DNA from: Amoebophrya sp. A120
Lineage: Eukaryota > Protista > Dinoflagellata
Length of the DNA: 64,000 nt
Reading direction: 5' to 3'
Assembly (NCBI GenBank): GCA_905178155.1
Contig: CAJINV010000013.1
Location: 2,662,158-2,726,157 of the forward strand
Of this stretch, positions 11,401-23,000 are shown in pieces. The position numbers and the translations under genes are program-made. How positions within the stretch are numbered: position 1 is the first letter of the stretch; every line of letters begins with the position of its first letter. The notes beneath the pieces are model-generated. The model saw only the letters and a list, made by a program, of their open reading frames with translations. It was not told the origin of the DNA and ran no database searches.

Positions 11401-13789
11401 CCTGCTTGTCGTTCTTGATGGTTTCCTTCCACATCTGAAAGGAACCGGAGAGCAGCATCTGCTGGACCCCGTTCAGGCCCTTCTGCTGGAACGCCTTCAG
11501 CCGATTGTTGGCCAGTTCGGTCTTCATGATGAGCTTTTTCTGGTTATCTTCCTTCAGCTGCTTCTGCACCTCTTTCAGCCAGGAATGGAAGTATTGCGCG
11601 AGTAAAGACTTCTCGTACGCCTCGGAGTGGGTACCAATCATCGAGGAAATCGTCAGCTTGTTCTGGTCTTTCAAGTCTTTTATCCGCTGGTTCTGGATCA
11701 TTTGCTGTTATAGGAGTTTGTTTAGTTCGAGTTTTTGTATAGTTTTGGAAGAGAAAGAAGATCAACATAGCAGTCGACTCATGATAGATTAGATACATCA
11801 CATCAAATCATTTCCAAGACTTCGGTACCTACGGGGGAAGGGGGGAAAGATCTGTAAAGCTAAAATGTAATGTGCGTAGTTCGCATGACAAAAACAGAAA
11901 ACACATTGTACCTCCATTTCCCGTTCCACCGCAAATCTCCAGTTGTGAAACACGAGCGAGTAGCTGACCCGTTTCTGCGCGATCTGGATCATTGCTTTGG
12001 ACCTTTCCCGCCAGTTTTCCCTCGTGTAATTTCTCCATCTTCTGAACGACTGCCCGATGTCCACTTTGCCCGTGGTCGCGAAGACCGCGGACAAAGATTC
12101 CAGTTTTTTCTCGTTCAGCGCCACCAGGTGCTGCCACGACTGCGTCACCCTTTGCTTCTCGTCGTCGCAGTTGCTGAACTTCCACACCTGGAAGCACCAG
12201 GATTGAATGGAATAGCGGTAGGCCTCGTAACCGCCTTCCGGCAAAATGTTCTGAAGCTTTTCGAAAATCGTCTGCTTCAAATTCGCTTTCTCCAGGGCGT
12301 ACTTCTCCGCGACGGTGGTTTGCCTCCACTTGTTGAGAACGTTTGTCAATAGTTTCCCGCACTTCAAGTCGTAGTTCCTTTCCACAAACAGCCTCGACTT
12401 CGATAGTTTCAACTTCCGGCTCATGTACTGGAAAAACGCGAGTTTGACCTGCTTCTCCTTTTTCTCCAATTTCAACTCCAACACCTGTTGGTTCTGTTTT
12501 TCCGTCAACCGCAGCTGTCTGCGTTCCCCCGCGTGCTTCTGCGTGTAGTTTTTCCACCTTTGAAAAAAGTCCGAGCAGTCCTTCGGGTCCTTCCCGCTAT
12601 CCAGAGAAGAAGAAAACATGTTCTGCAGGTTCGCCACCCGCTTGTTGTTCAGCTCGACTAACCGCTGGTACGCGACGGTGGTCTGCTCGTGCTGCTGGCA
12701 CTCCATCACGAACCGCCAGAGGAGGAAAAAGTATTTTTGGCACTGGAAATCCGCACTGGTGTCCTGGCCAATCAAGTTTTTCATCGAATCGATGTTGCGC
12801 TTCGCTTGGTTGTCCGCGAAAGCCTTGTCCGCTTCCATTTTGTCGAGCATGGACTGCAGTTGCTGTTCGTTCACGGAGTACTGCTTCAATTTTTCCTTGT
12901 GCTTTTCGTCCTCGTCAAAAAACTGCTGCTTCAGCTTCTCCAGTTCCTTCATCGCCTCCTTTTCGCACGAACTGAGCAACTTCTTATTCTGCTCTTCTAT
13001 CTCCCGCTTCTCTTCTTCGAATTTGTGCTTGGACTCCTCCAACTCCACGATGATGGTTTCCGTCTGCATTTTCGCCTTCTTCACCTCCACTTCATTTTCC
13101 GCGAGTTTCCTCTCCATCAGCAGCACCTGCTCCCGGTCCACCGTCGCTTGCTGCTGCAGGTTCAGTTGAAATTTATTCGCCTCCTCCTCCACTCGCGCGA
13201 TCAGCTGCCGCTCCTTGTCGACGAGCTGCATCGCGTTGATCTCCTCCTGCTTCAAGACCGCGTTGCGGAGTTGCTGCATCTTCTGGCGCAGATACAAATT
13301 CATGCAGTGAATGTCCATCGCGGTGAGTCTGCGCAGATGGCTGGGGCCGAGGGTTCGGCCTGGATTGGATTGCGGAGAAAGCTTTCTTTTTGGAGGTTTG
13401 ATGCTATTGCTACCCCCGGGCGAAGCTCCGCGCATCATGCTACTGGGCGATCGGCTATTCCCTATCAGGGATTGGTCGAGCAGGCTCGTCTTGCTGTTCA
13501 GGCTGGAGGCGTGGGCGGACGTGTTCAGAGGGGAATTTCCAACCGGGATCCACTGCTGCTGGACGTTCGTACCGCGGATGGAATCGGGTGTGACGGACAT
13601 GATTTCTAGCATCCCCGCGAGCTCCGACGGAAGCTGCTCCGCGAATTGTTGGTCGTTTAAGAACTCGTTGTTCACGAAGTCGTCAAAAACGCGCGTCAAG
13701 GGCTGCCGCTTCGAAGAGTTTCGGGTGGTGGAAGCGAGCGTCGGAGGGCCCGTCATCGTGGCCGGGGCGGAAGTCGAGGTCGTGTTCAT
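5498..13789 (-). CDS. Large (~2548 aa) coiled-coil protein with Sfi1-like (F/L)xxW(K/R) repeats; candidate centrin-binding/basal-body protein
   Basis: Exons 13789-11912, 11704-11021, 10849-10717 and 10449-5498 sum to 7647 nt, in frame. Introns 11705-11911 and 10850-11020 are GT-AG, plus one introner. Repeats include FFQRWK, LNKWR, CFQVWK, SFRRWR, FHNWR, SFQMWK, CFKAW, AFNAWK, LEAWR, CFKEWK, LIAWK and LREWR. Confidence 0.75.
10455..10716. mobile_element. Introner, family A (262 bp; TSD TGAGG)
   Basis: TIRs tatcaactgtaaaaatgtctgggtctggaaga / tcttccagacccagacatttttacatttgata. TGAGG occurs at 10450-10454 and 10717-10721. Removal gives KAAL-MVGNQ. Confidence 0.92.
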
Positions 13790-14829
13790 ATTATACTAGT
13801 GTTGTTTATTTTTATTGAATGGAGGGGACGAAAAATGAAATACGACTGCAAACTGCTGTCGGGCGGGGGTAACAGGGAGGGGAAAGAAGAACGAAGCTCA
13901 ATTTACTGTACAGGCGGGGTTGCATTATCTACCTTAGGGGGGAAGCGTAGTTCTACTCACAGGCCGCTATGTATGTGCTGTGGATAAGGCTGCTCATCTT
14001 CTAAACCATACCACGCCGTGCGGCAAAGAGCTAGAGCAGAGACGTTTGCTTTTACATACATTGGTGAGGGGACTCATTTTTAGAGTGCTAGTTTGGGGAA
14101 AATGGGTATGGCTGCGGGCTTTTTCCTGAAAGTTTTTGAAGAGAAGAAACGCGCATAACAAAATAAAAGGCCCGGCCTTATTGTCCAAAATGGAATGATA
14201 CCAGCACGAGAAAAAAACGCACGAAGAAACAAGAAACGACCGAACGACAGAGAGATGCAGTTTGCGTATGTTGTTTCACTTGTTGCACGAAAAAGTCAGA
14301 ACCTCCCAGGTGAACGATTTACAAAAAAAAACCGAAGTCCGGCAGCGCACGAAAAGTTGCTGCTGATATATGCAAAAATGCTTGAGGTTGTAAAACTAAA
14401 TTTTCCACTACTACCGACTCAAGCAGATGGGAAGGCGCGAAAAGGAGAAGGATGAACGAACCGACCATGTGTATTTACACGCACGCGTGGAAAGACCGAC
14501 ACACATCATTTTGACGTACATAGACAGCAAAACGTACAAAAAAACGAGCCGCGCTCCAACAACTTTGCACCCACGGTGGAGACGGAAAAAAAAGTACACC
14601 GACGTCCATCTACATTTATTGTGTCAGACTAGCGCAATGCCGTCCTGCCTCTGCCCCCACGAACAGGGTCATAGACGGTAAGTCATGACAGCAAAGCGGA
14701 ACTACAAACTGAAGTCATATCATCTCACACGTAGACAAAGCATTCTGCTCGTGATGGTGTTCAAGTTTCTGATAGGTATCTTTGTACTATCTTTGTGTTC
14801 ACTCCTACTACGCACAGCGGCCCAGCAGT

Positions 14830-17065
14830 TCACTTCTTTACCGCTCCCATCCCGTCCACTTTCTTCGTCAACGCGTCTAATTTCGTGTTCAGCTCGTCTA
14901 ACTTTGTCATGTACGGGTCCGCTGGCAGCAGTTTCGCCTGCTCCTTGACAATCGTCACGGCTTGTTCGGGGAGAAGTTTTCCCAGCTTCTCGTCCAACTC
15001 TTGCTCGGAAATCAGGTTGGACCGAGACCTGCCAGCATAAGCATTTTTACGTCGTTGGAGGTTTTGATTTTAATATTTCGGTCGGAGTCTGCAACATGAA
15101 CATCTGTCAGTGTTTACAACATGCTGCAGTACGTAGTACTACATGTAGTTCAGAAACTAGGTCCTTAGTATGTGAGTAAGCCGACAAGGTCGTTGTGATG
15201 CATTAATATTTTCAAAAAGACCTCAATACAGCAAGATCAGTGCATGCACAACGCCCGAGATGTGCTCGACGCTCTTGTCTGTCACAAGTATGGAGAAGAA
15301 AAGAGCTTGATCTTGGGAGTGACACGTTAGAAGTTTTGTCACACTGTACATCAATGTCGCTTGTTGCCAATACGAACTAACACTTTCTTTGTTTCAAGTC
15401 CAAGTGTGCCTATTTTTATGCATGACAAACATTTGGTTGCGCCACCCAAGACTGCGCCTTTGCTTTACATAATTTCCATACAGGAGTCCATCTGTTTTGA
15501 CATCCGCTCCATCGGCTCGTGCAAAACTTGCTTTACACCTGCAGGAACCTGTTTTGTTTCAGCATTGTGCATTACAAAGTTCAGGCCAGTCGTGCTTGCT
15601 CTAGAGAGGCATGAAGGAAGTGACATTTTATGCTAATCATCTTCTGCAACACAAAGTTCAATTACTTACGAATACCTTCTCTAACAACGCTTCCAATGGA
15701 TTTGCTTGCGGAGCGGAGGAAAAGGCCCTGACACCACCAACCTGCAAACACCCTCCGCAGTCGCACATTGACCCGTGTCCGGTTCCAATACGAAAACTCT
15801 GGCCTCCTGTCGCATCCATTTTTCCCGTCTGGTTTTGGGAAGATGATCCGTAGTTGTGCTGCGGCAAAAAGCTTATCCTAGTGGCCGCGGCTGCTCGGAG
15901 CCCAGAGGGAGCGACCGCAACGCTCGTGCAAGCAAGTCTGGCATTGGATGCACCAGCAGAGCGCAGGTGGCTGAGAGAAGACGAGAGTGGCATGGTTTTT
16001 TATTGCCGTGTGAAAGAGTGTGTAAGGAATTCTATTCTGAACAAAAGGACACTGGCTACATACAGTTCGGAGACCGATTTTCTTGTCAACGAGGGGTCTT
16101 CTACTTTAGCTGACGCACCGGCTGGCCTCATTCATTGTCTGCTAGGGCCGCGCGATCGTTGTCTCTTCAACTTGGATCTTTGTCTTGGTTGTACGTACCT
16201 CGGGCCATCGTGGTCGAGTGACGATATCTTGCAGTCACTAATGGCAGCACTGTGTGTTAACCACAACAGAAAGAACGCACTGCTCAGTATGCGGAAAAGT
16301 CGCGACACTGCTACTTAGCACGGAGCAGGAAAGGCACTCCTCATGTATGCGCTGATGTTTTTTCTGTTGCATTGAGTTTTTTTAGGCGCCTCGCCAAATC
16401 GAAGTACTAAGATCGAGCACGTAGAAGTATTTTATCTGGCCTTGCAGGGTGGAGTAAGAACGCAGTCCCAGTTTCTGTTTGTGCAGCAAGTTAAGTCCGA
16501 TGAGGGGCGCGTTTATTTCGGTGCCATGGGAAGCTTGCAGGGCTTTGCGCCAGCCATCATTTTTACGGCGAGTGTTCGTTCTACCAGCGCTTTCTCCCCG
16601 ACATACCTGACAGTCGGTTTGATTTCGAACTATTAACACATCGCAGCAATTTCCAGTGCATACTACACCATCTACTTCAAACCCGACACTCGCCATCCGA
16701 AAATCGCCAATACAGTGGTGGACAAAAAGAACGATAAGTAAACATTTGAATTTGTAATACATGTCCGCAACCGGCTTGAAGATATCCAGCTCCGTGAGCG
16801 CAGATTTCACGTTACTGTCAATCAAATTTGAGGCGTCCAGCTTGATGTCCACAAACTTTTTCCATGGCAGCGCATTGTATTTATTCCCGATGTAGCTGTA
16901 GTTTTTGTATCAAGTAAAAAAGTTGTACTTTCTTAGTTCGTTTTTCTTTTTCCATGGGGATAATTGAACAAACCATGCGGTAAAAATGCCACACATCGAC
17001 GAAGCCGATGACATATCGCTTCCAATCTTCTCGCTAGCTGCGGCGGTAGTAGCGGCAAAATCCAT
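14830..17065 (-). CDS. Probable multi-exon hypothetical gene (structure not resolved)
   Basis: A coding-like terminal exon at 15028-14830 reads SRSNLISEQELDEKLGKLLPEQAVTIVKEQAK...VKK*. Coding-like pieces lie at ~15480-15600 and ~16760-16860, with a possible ATG at 17065. Exon joins were not verified. Confidence 0.35.
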
Positions 17066-17717
17066 GAAGATCTCACAAATAAAAATAATATGTTCTACCT
17101 TGTCTCTGGGTCAACGGCTTTCACGACTTCATCAGTGACTTCCAATGGTATCTCTACGTGCTGGGACGAAGAGCCACAGGCTATCCTCTGCAACGGTCGC
17201 TTGCCGTAGAGAAGACTCACGGAAGGGTGGGTCCGCGGAATGAAATTGAGCATTGTTTGTCCTACTTGTTTCGCGGACTTTGCTGGAGGCAAGACCAAGA
17301 TGTGGCTAATTTGCTCGCTCAAATAAAGAACAAACCTGGTGCTGCGATCGAGATTTCGCGCCGGCCAGCTACCTACCCGCGCCGGCCCGGTCTTCGACTT
17401 ACAACTTTGTCTGAGTTGATTCTAAACTATCATAGCACGAAGAAAAAAATCACCATAGTCTTCCCTCAAAGTAAGTGAAAGGCTTAGCAGGTCGTAGAAC
17501 GGAAAACGCGACGCCACCAGATGAGGACAGAGGGCGCCGAACAAGGTGGTGCACCGGCACGTTCAGCCCGAGCAACAATGCGCGAACAAGACGAACACAG
17601 CCAAAACTCCTCCGTGGGCTCCACCCGGGGTAACTAATTGGAATCACAGATTTCACCGACCACATGAATACGACTTGTGGAAGCTTTTCTTAAGCAAAAG
17701 CTTCTACAGTAATCAAG

Positions 17718-19337
17718 TCACCAAGTCAACGCCACTGCTTGAAACCACAGCCCAAACACGATCTGGTACTGACTGAGAGCCAGTTTTTCCAGCACCTCGT
17801 CACACCCGATCAGTAGGGGGAACAAACACTGTTTCCGAAAGTTCCCCTCTGCAATCTGCCGTTGCGCCACGTAAATGCCGCCACCGTGGTACGATTGGCA
17901 AACGGACGTAATCTCCTCGTTGCCTTCTGTGTGAGAAGCTGTTGCTCGTTCCACGTCCGAAGAAGTAGACGATGCCACTAAGGCGTCAAGGCCTTCTCGC
18001 AGTGTGAGAAAACCGCGGACAACCCCGCCTGCGAGAAGGACGCAAGCCACAGCGTAGATGCAGTGCTTGATTAGGATAGCCGTCTTCGTAGAAAAGTGCA
18101 ATAGCGGTTGTCTGTCAGAGCCGCTACCTGTTGGTGCTTCTCTAGTCGACGACGAACGGGATGTTGATATTTTTTCCCTGGAGTCGATCAAGATGAAACC
18201 CTCAACGAAACCGCACAGCCGCCGCAGAACGAAAATCAGTACCAGCAGACCCGCCGCTGTAAAAAAGATCGTCACCAGCTGCACATGAAGTTCCAGGTGC
18301 AGCGCCCATGGGTGCTCTCCGATCAACAAGGCACACGTTGCGACGGTCAGAGCGGTGAGGAACTCGAGCCAAGCCACCAGGCGCCGCGGGAGGTCAAGGC
18401 TTTTCTTAAAATAAAAACTCAGCTCGTCTCTGTTTTTCCAGCACCGATCGCGTTCTTTTGCAACCTCAACCTGCTCTGCACCCCCGCCCCACGAAAACAC
18501 ATGCACCCCCGCGAAGGAAATTGCGGCTAATCTGAACATTAGCCGGGCAATATCCTTCCCCTCGCCGTGCTGGAGCTCAGACAAAAAAGGGTACTTGTGG
18601 CATTGCTGCTCCCTCCACCGGTCGAGGCACAGCAGCAGCAGGAAGGGGCAAACCAGACCGAGGGTGAGACGAGATAGAGTGGCCAATACTTTTTTTGTGA
18701 GGACAAGAACCCAGGTCGCACGCAGTTGTTGCTGATTCGCTGTAGCTCTTTCCCCTTCTGCATGATCAACACCGCCAGCTGATGCAGTTACGGAACCACC
18801 GTGTGCTCGGCTGACATCCTCTTTTTCGGCCGGTGTCTCCGCGGAAGGTTCCGAGAAAACCCCATCCGCACTCCGCGTACCTCCCAACCGCGTCTTCCTT
18901 CCGGTACTTCGCCTTAGCAGTAAAAAGTACGCCCCAAGAGGCAGCAGCAGCAGAACTCCGGAAAGCGCAGAAGTAATTAGAAGCACTGTGCTCAGCTGTC
19001 GCTCTGTGAACACTGCGTTGGTGTTGGTAGCTGCAAAAAAAATGCCGATCAGACCATTGTAACCTTTTCCAACTTCTCCTAGTGCACCAGTCAGCTGCGA
19101 ATCATAGGGGGAAGTTCTCGGTGTGGAGGTCGAGAGGTGTGGATGCCATCCATTAGAACCACAGTCCTCTTCTTCCAGAAGTTGACGGCCAGCTGCAGTC
19201 GAAAAAGGCAGAGAATTCCCAAATCCTGGCCCATCTGCTATTTCCATCAAAGACCCTAAAGCCGGCGGTCCCTTCGCTATCCACGACGGAACGTTCGGAT
19301 CGGGCTTCGGTGGGAGCTTTCGTGCTGCAGAAGGCAT
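17718..19337 (-). CDS. Hypothetical polytopic membrane protein (>=539 aa)
   Basis: Long ORF with about 6-7 hydrophobic segments. It may extend 3' through a further intron. Confidence 0.6.
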   Translation of the reverse strand: MPSAARKLPPKPDPNVPSWIAKGPPALGSLMEIADGPGFGNSLPFSTAAGRQLLEEEDCGSNGWHPHLSTSTPRTSPYDSQLTGALGEVGKGYNGLIGIFFAATNTNAVFTERQLSTVLLITSALSGVLLLLPLGAYFLLLRRSTGRKTRLGGTRSADGVFSEPSAETPAEKEDVSRAHGGSVTASAGGVDHAEGERATANQQQLRATWVLVLTKKVLATLSRLTLGLVCPFLLLLCLDRWREQQCHKYPFLSELQHGEGKDIARLMFRLAAISFAGVHVFSWGGGAEQVEVAKERDRCWKNRDELSFYFKKSLDLPRRLVAWLEFLTALTVATCALLIGEHPWALHLELHVQLVTIFFTAAGLLVLIFVLRRLCGFVEGFILIDSREKISTSRSSSTREAPTGSGSDRQPLLHFSTKTAILIKHCIYAVACVLLAGGVVRGFLTLREGLDALVASSTSSDVERATASHTEGNEEITSVCQSYHGGGIYVAQRQIAEGNFRKQCLFPLLIGCDEVLEKLALSQYQIVFGLWFQAVALTW

Positions 19338-20098
19338 TTTTATATTTCGTCGATATCTAATCAGTACTTACTTCATAACTCGCATCTGGAAAACAAAGGC
19401 AAATTGAAACTCCTTATGCTTCACAAAGAACCAGACTTATCGACGCCTTCATCGATTCTGACGTTGGAAAAAAAAATCAGAATCGAAGCTGATGCCATTG
19501 AACCTTTGTTTACTTTGTCCACAAGTTTCGAGAACGCCTATCTTCACCAGCCGCACTAACGCGCGAGAGGTAAGAACACGAGGACGCTTTCATTTCGGTT
19601 CGCTACTTTCCCGAAGTCCCTGAGAACCATCAGCTCTAGAGAGCATACACTTTTGTGCTGCTGTTCCGTACCTTTCATCTCTGCTGGGCACTGCAGTTAT
19701 TTCCAGGGTCTCTTTATGGTCGTCAGTCAGATAACCTCCGCCTACGTACATCTTTTCTTTTACGCTGAATTCGAATACTTGTCTTGGACTTGAGCTAGCG
19801 GAGCGACTAGTACTAGCAGAGCGTGTTTGCTAGACTACAGCTTGAGCAGCTTGACGTAAAGCAAAAGCTACAACCAAAACGTAGAGAAATACTCGTAACT
19901 CTGTCCTCCTTCAAAAAGTTTTACATAAAGCAACCCAAGTACCCTTGCTCATGCCATCGAGCCACTCGCTTTAGGTTCATGTGCCTCGACCTGCAATGTA
20001 CTTATCTAGTAAACAGTAATCAGTATCAGTAATCTACCTTCACTTCGAAAATAAAATCAGAGCGGGTACGTACGAAAACATCCATCCCAAACCCCTCA

Positions 20099-23000
20099 TC
20101 ATGCCGCACCGTTCGCCTGGTTCTCCTTGGCGCAAATTTCCCAGTACTGCAGGAAAATTGGGTCCCGCTGCAGCCGCGCGAAAAAGTCGATAAAGTTCTT
20201 GTTCGCGTCGCGCAGCGTTACGGTTTGCTCGTTGCCGTTTGAAAAATTGAAAATCTGCCGCAGACACCGGACGAAGCACCGCAGCATGTCTTGGGCTTTC
20301 TGCATGGAATTCTGCTGTTTCGACTGGATGATTTTGATGTTCTTCTGGATCGCCCGCTCGAGGGGCTCGATGAAATTGAACGTCGCGGCAGAAGTGTTGT
20401 TCATGGGATTGTTCGGGTTGGACAGCATCGCATTCGGGGCCCCCTGCTGCGCCGCTATCGGGGTAATGCCGGTGCCGAAGGTCGGCCCCAGCCAGAAGGA
20501 ATTCGCGGCTTCGGCAAGAAGGGAACAAGCGAGAACTTGAATGTCGTGCGGTATGGAAAGAGAAGGAAAAAATGTGCTTGTCAGCATCTAAAGGGTGGGC
20601 TCACTAGTGGATTTCGATCTACCAATCGAAGTCTGGCACGAAAAGTTTTCAGAGATTTGAATGATTTTTTGCTTAGGGCTCCTCCGTACATTCATCGAAA
20701 TCAGTATGAAGGTCGCGCCCGGAGGGCGATATTGGTAACCAAATGCGTGCGCGAAAACCTAACCAGCGCGAAAGCCTAACCAGCCGCGCGGCGAAAGCGC
20801 GACCCTGCGGGCCGCGCTTTGGCGCTATTTATTTTTGATTACAGTCCCACTCCTTCTTCTTCAAGTCCCCTCCATGAGAAACTGGCCCCCTGGCCGGGAA
20901 GGTATCTGGGTCATCGGGGGCTTCCGGATTCGCATTCAAAGCTTATCGCAGGAGCCTGCGGGCCGCCGCGGGCTCCACCACTTCCCCGCGGCCCTAAAGG
21001 GCCGCGGACAACTACTGTCGCCCGCGGCGGCCCTCAGGCTCCTGCGATAAGCATTGAAGGCGAAATCCGGCTATGTGGCAGCGGGGCATCCTTTCTAGCC
21101 CCTGCCTGACAAACTCAACTGGCCACCTGGCCCGGAAAATATGCTGAAAGCCGAAAATCCGAAAACCCTTCCGGGCAACCAAAATCGGGCATTTCAGACG
21201 CGGCGGAGGTGCCGAATTTGTGCCCACAACCCAGAGCAAATGCGGACTTTGGGACATGCCTCCGCCTGCTTCTAGTCCGATTTTTTTTCCCCAATCGCGA
21301 TGGTATGGCGCAAGCGCGCGCCCGCCGGACCGCCCTTGGCGGCCAATTTGTAAGCCTGCCGAGGGTTCTCGACTTTCGCCTATTTTTGCTTTTTTTTCAA
21401 GTTTCTAGGTGGCCGAAGGGCTCCGGACATTTTCGCCGCCCCCACCTGGGTGGCAATTTTGAAGCCTGCGGAGGGAATGCGCTTTTGCGCAATTTTTCAT
21501 CTTTTTCTGGTTTCCAAGTGGCCCGGGCGACCTGCGCATTTTCGCCGCCCCCACCTGGGTGGCAGTTTTGAAGCCTGCGGAGGGAGTGCGCTTTTGCGCA
21601 ATTTTTCATCTTTTTTCATTTTTCAAGTGGCCCGGGCGACCTGGACAAAATCCGACGATTGCTTCCACCCACGTTATGAAGCAAATTTTTGCCATTTTTT
21701 TCCAACTTTTTCCAGTTACGAAGCGGCCCAAGGCTTCCGGACAGGTCGCGGACCTGCTTCTCCAACGTAGTTGCCCAGCGGGCGAAGCAAAAAATAGTCC
21801 GTCTCTTTTGCAGATACTAAGTGGGCCAGACTGCAAAAATGCTCTTTTTCCACCTCCTCCCGCTTGGTTTCTGCCGTTTTTGCGACATTTTTGACCTCCT
21901 GCCCATTTTCCCATCTGGTCCGCTTTTTTTCCCTTCTCCCGCTTCATTTCTGGCCATTTCCCGGACCTTCACGCCTCCCGGCGGTTGCCCTATATGGTAA
22001 CGGCAACTGCCTTCGCGCTGCGTTTGCTAAAGCAATATCGCAAGCGCGCAGAGCGCGCGCGCCGGCTTCGTGGGCCGGCGCGCGCTCTGCGCGCGCGCGC
22101 GCACGCATTTGGTTACCAGATCAGTGCAATAGGCATACAACGCATGTAGCTTAGAAGCAGCACAAACACAAAGGCTTCCTTCATTCCATAACAGAGTCTT
22201 GAAAGCCGTTAGCGAGCAGCTCCAAAATTTGTCCTTCCTCCGCCATCGGGACCATCTGATAGAGTTTGATAATTTGATTTCATAAGCGGCGCACCGTGCC
22301 TCTACTTGGTTAATTTTGCCATGCCAATCCCGATTAGTATCAGCTGGTGGAATGTTTATGTTAAGGTAACGAACCGATATTTCTCATGCAAAAATGAATG
22401 CAGCACATCGGAGGTAAAAATCCTTCTAAATGGCATCAGCACGTATAAAACCGTCGTACCTCCTGCGGAAAGGTCTGCAAGAGGTCCAGCAGCACGACGA
22501 ACGCGCTTTTCCGGACCGGAATGCCGTCGTCCACCTTGTGTTTGAACGGCCCGAGATCCACTTCCCGGATGAATTCCAGCTTCACCTTTCCCTCGTCGTT
22601 GCACCGGCGCGCGACGTAGTCGATAACGTTCGGGCTCAGGCAGACCGGATTGCTGTGCAGAATCGCGGAAATCGACTGCAATACCGCTTTTCGCACGTGC
22701 AACACGTCCGGATCCTCCAAGGCGTTGATGAACGGCTGCATCAACTGCTTTTTCGGCTATCGAAAGGAAACATCCCCCCTCCCCATATCAAAACGGAATT
22801 TCTGATGCTGGATTTGCGTACACGAGTCAGCTTTGTATTGCAGAGAGGCTTTGCGGCCAGATCCCCAGGCTAGGTAGGGACGTATGGGCCTAGTTGCTCA
22901 GCATGGCAAACGGCTGACCTTTAGGCCCAACAGCATGACAAATCGCTTCCATAATGGGGCGGAAGCTTCTGCCCTTGTCTTCTTGCATGAGAGATGTGAT

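Noticed and set aside
5688-13799. Numerous plus-strand ORFs opposite the large genes
   Set aside because: They are antisense shadows of minus-strand coding sequence.
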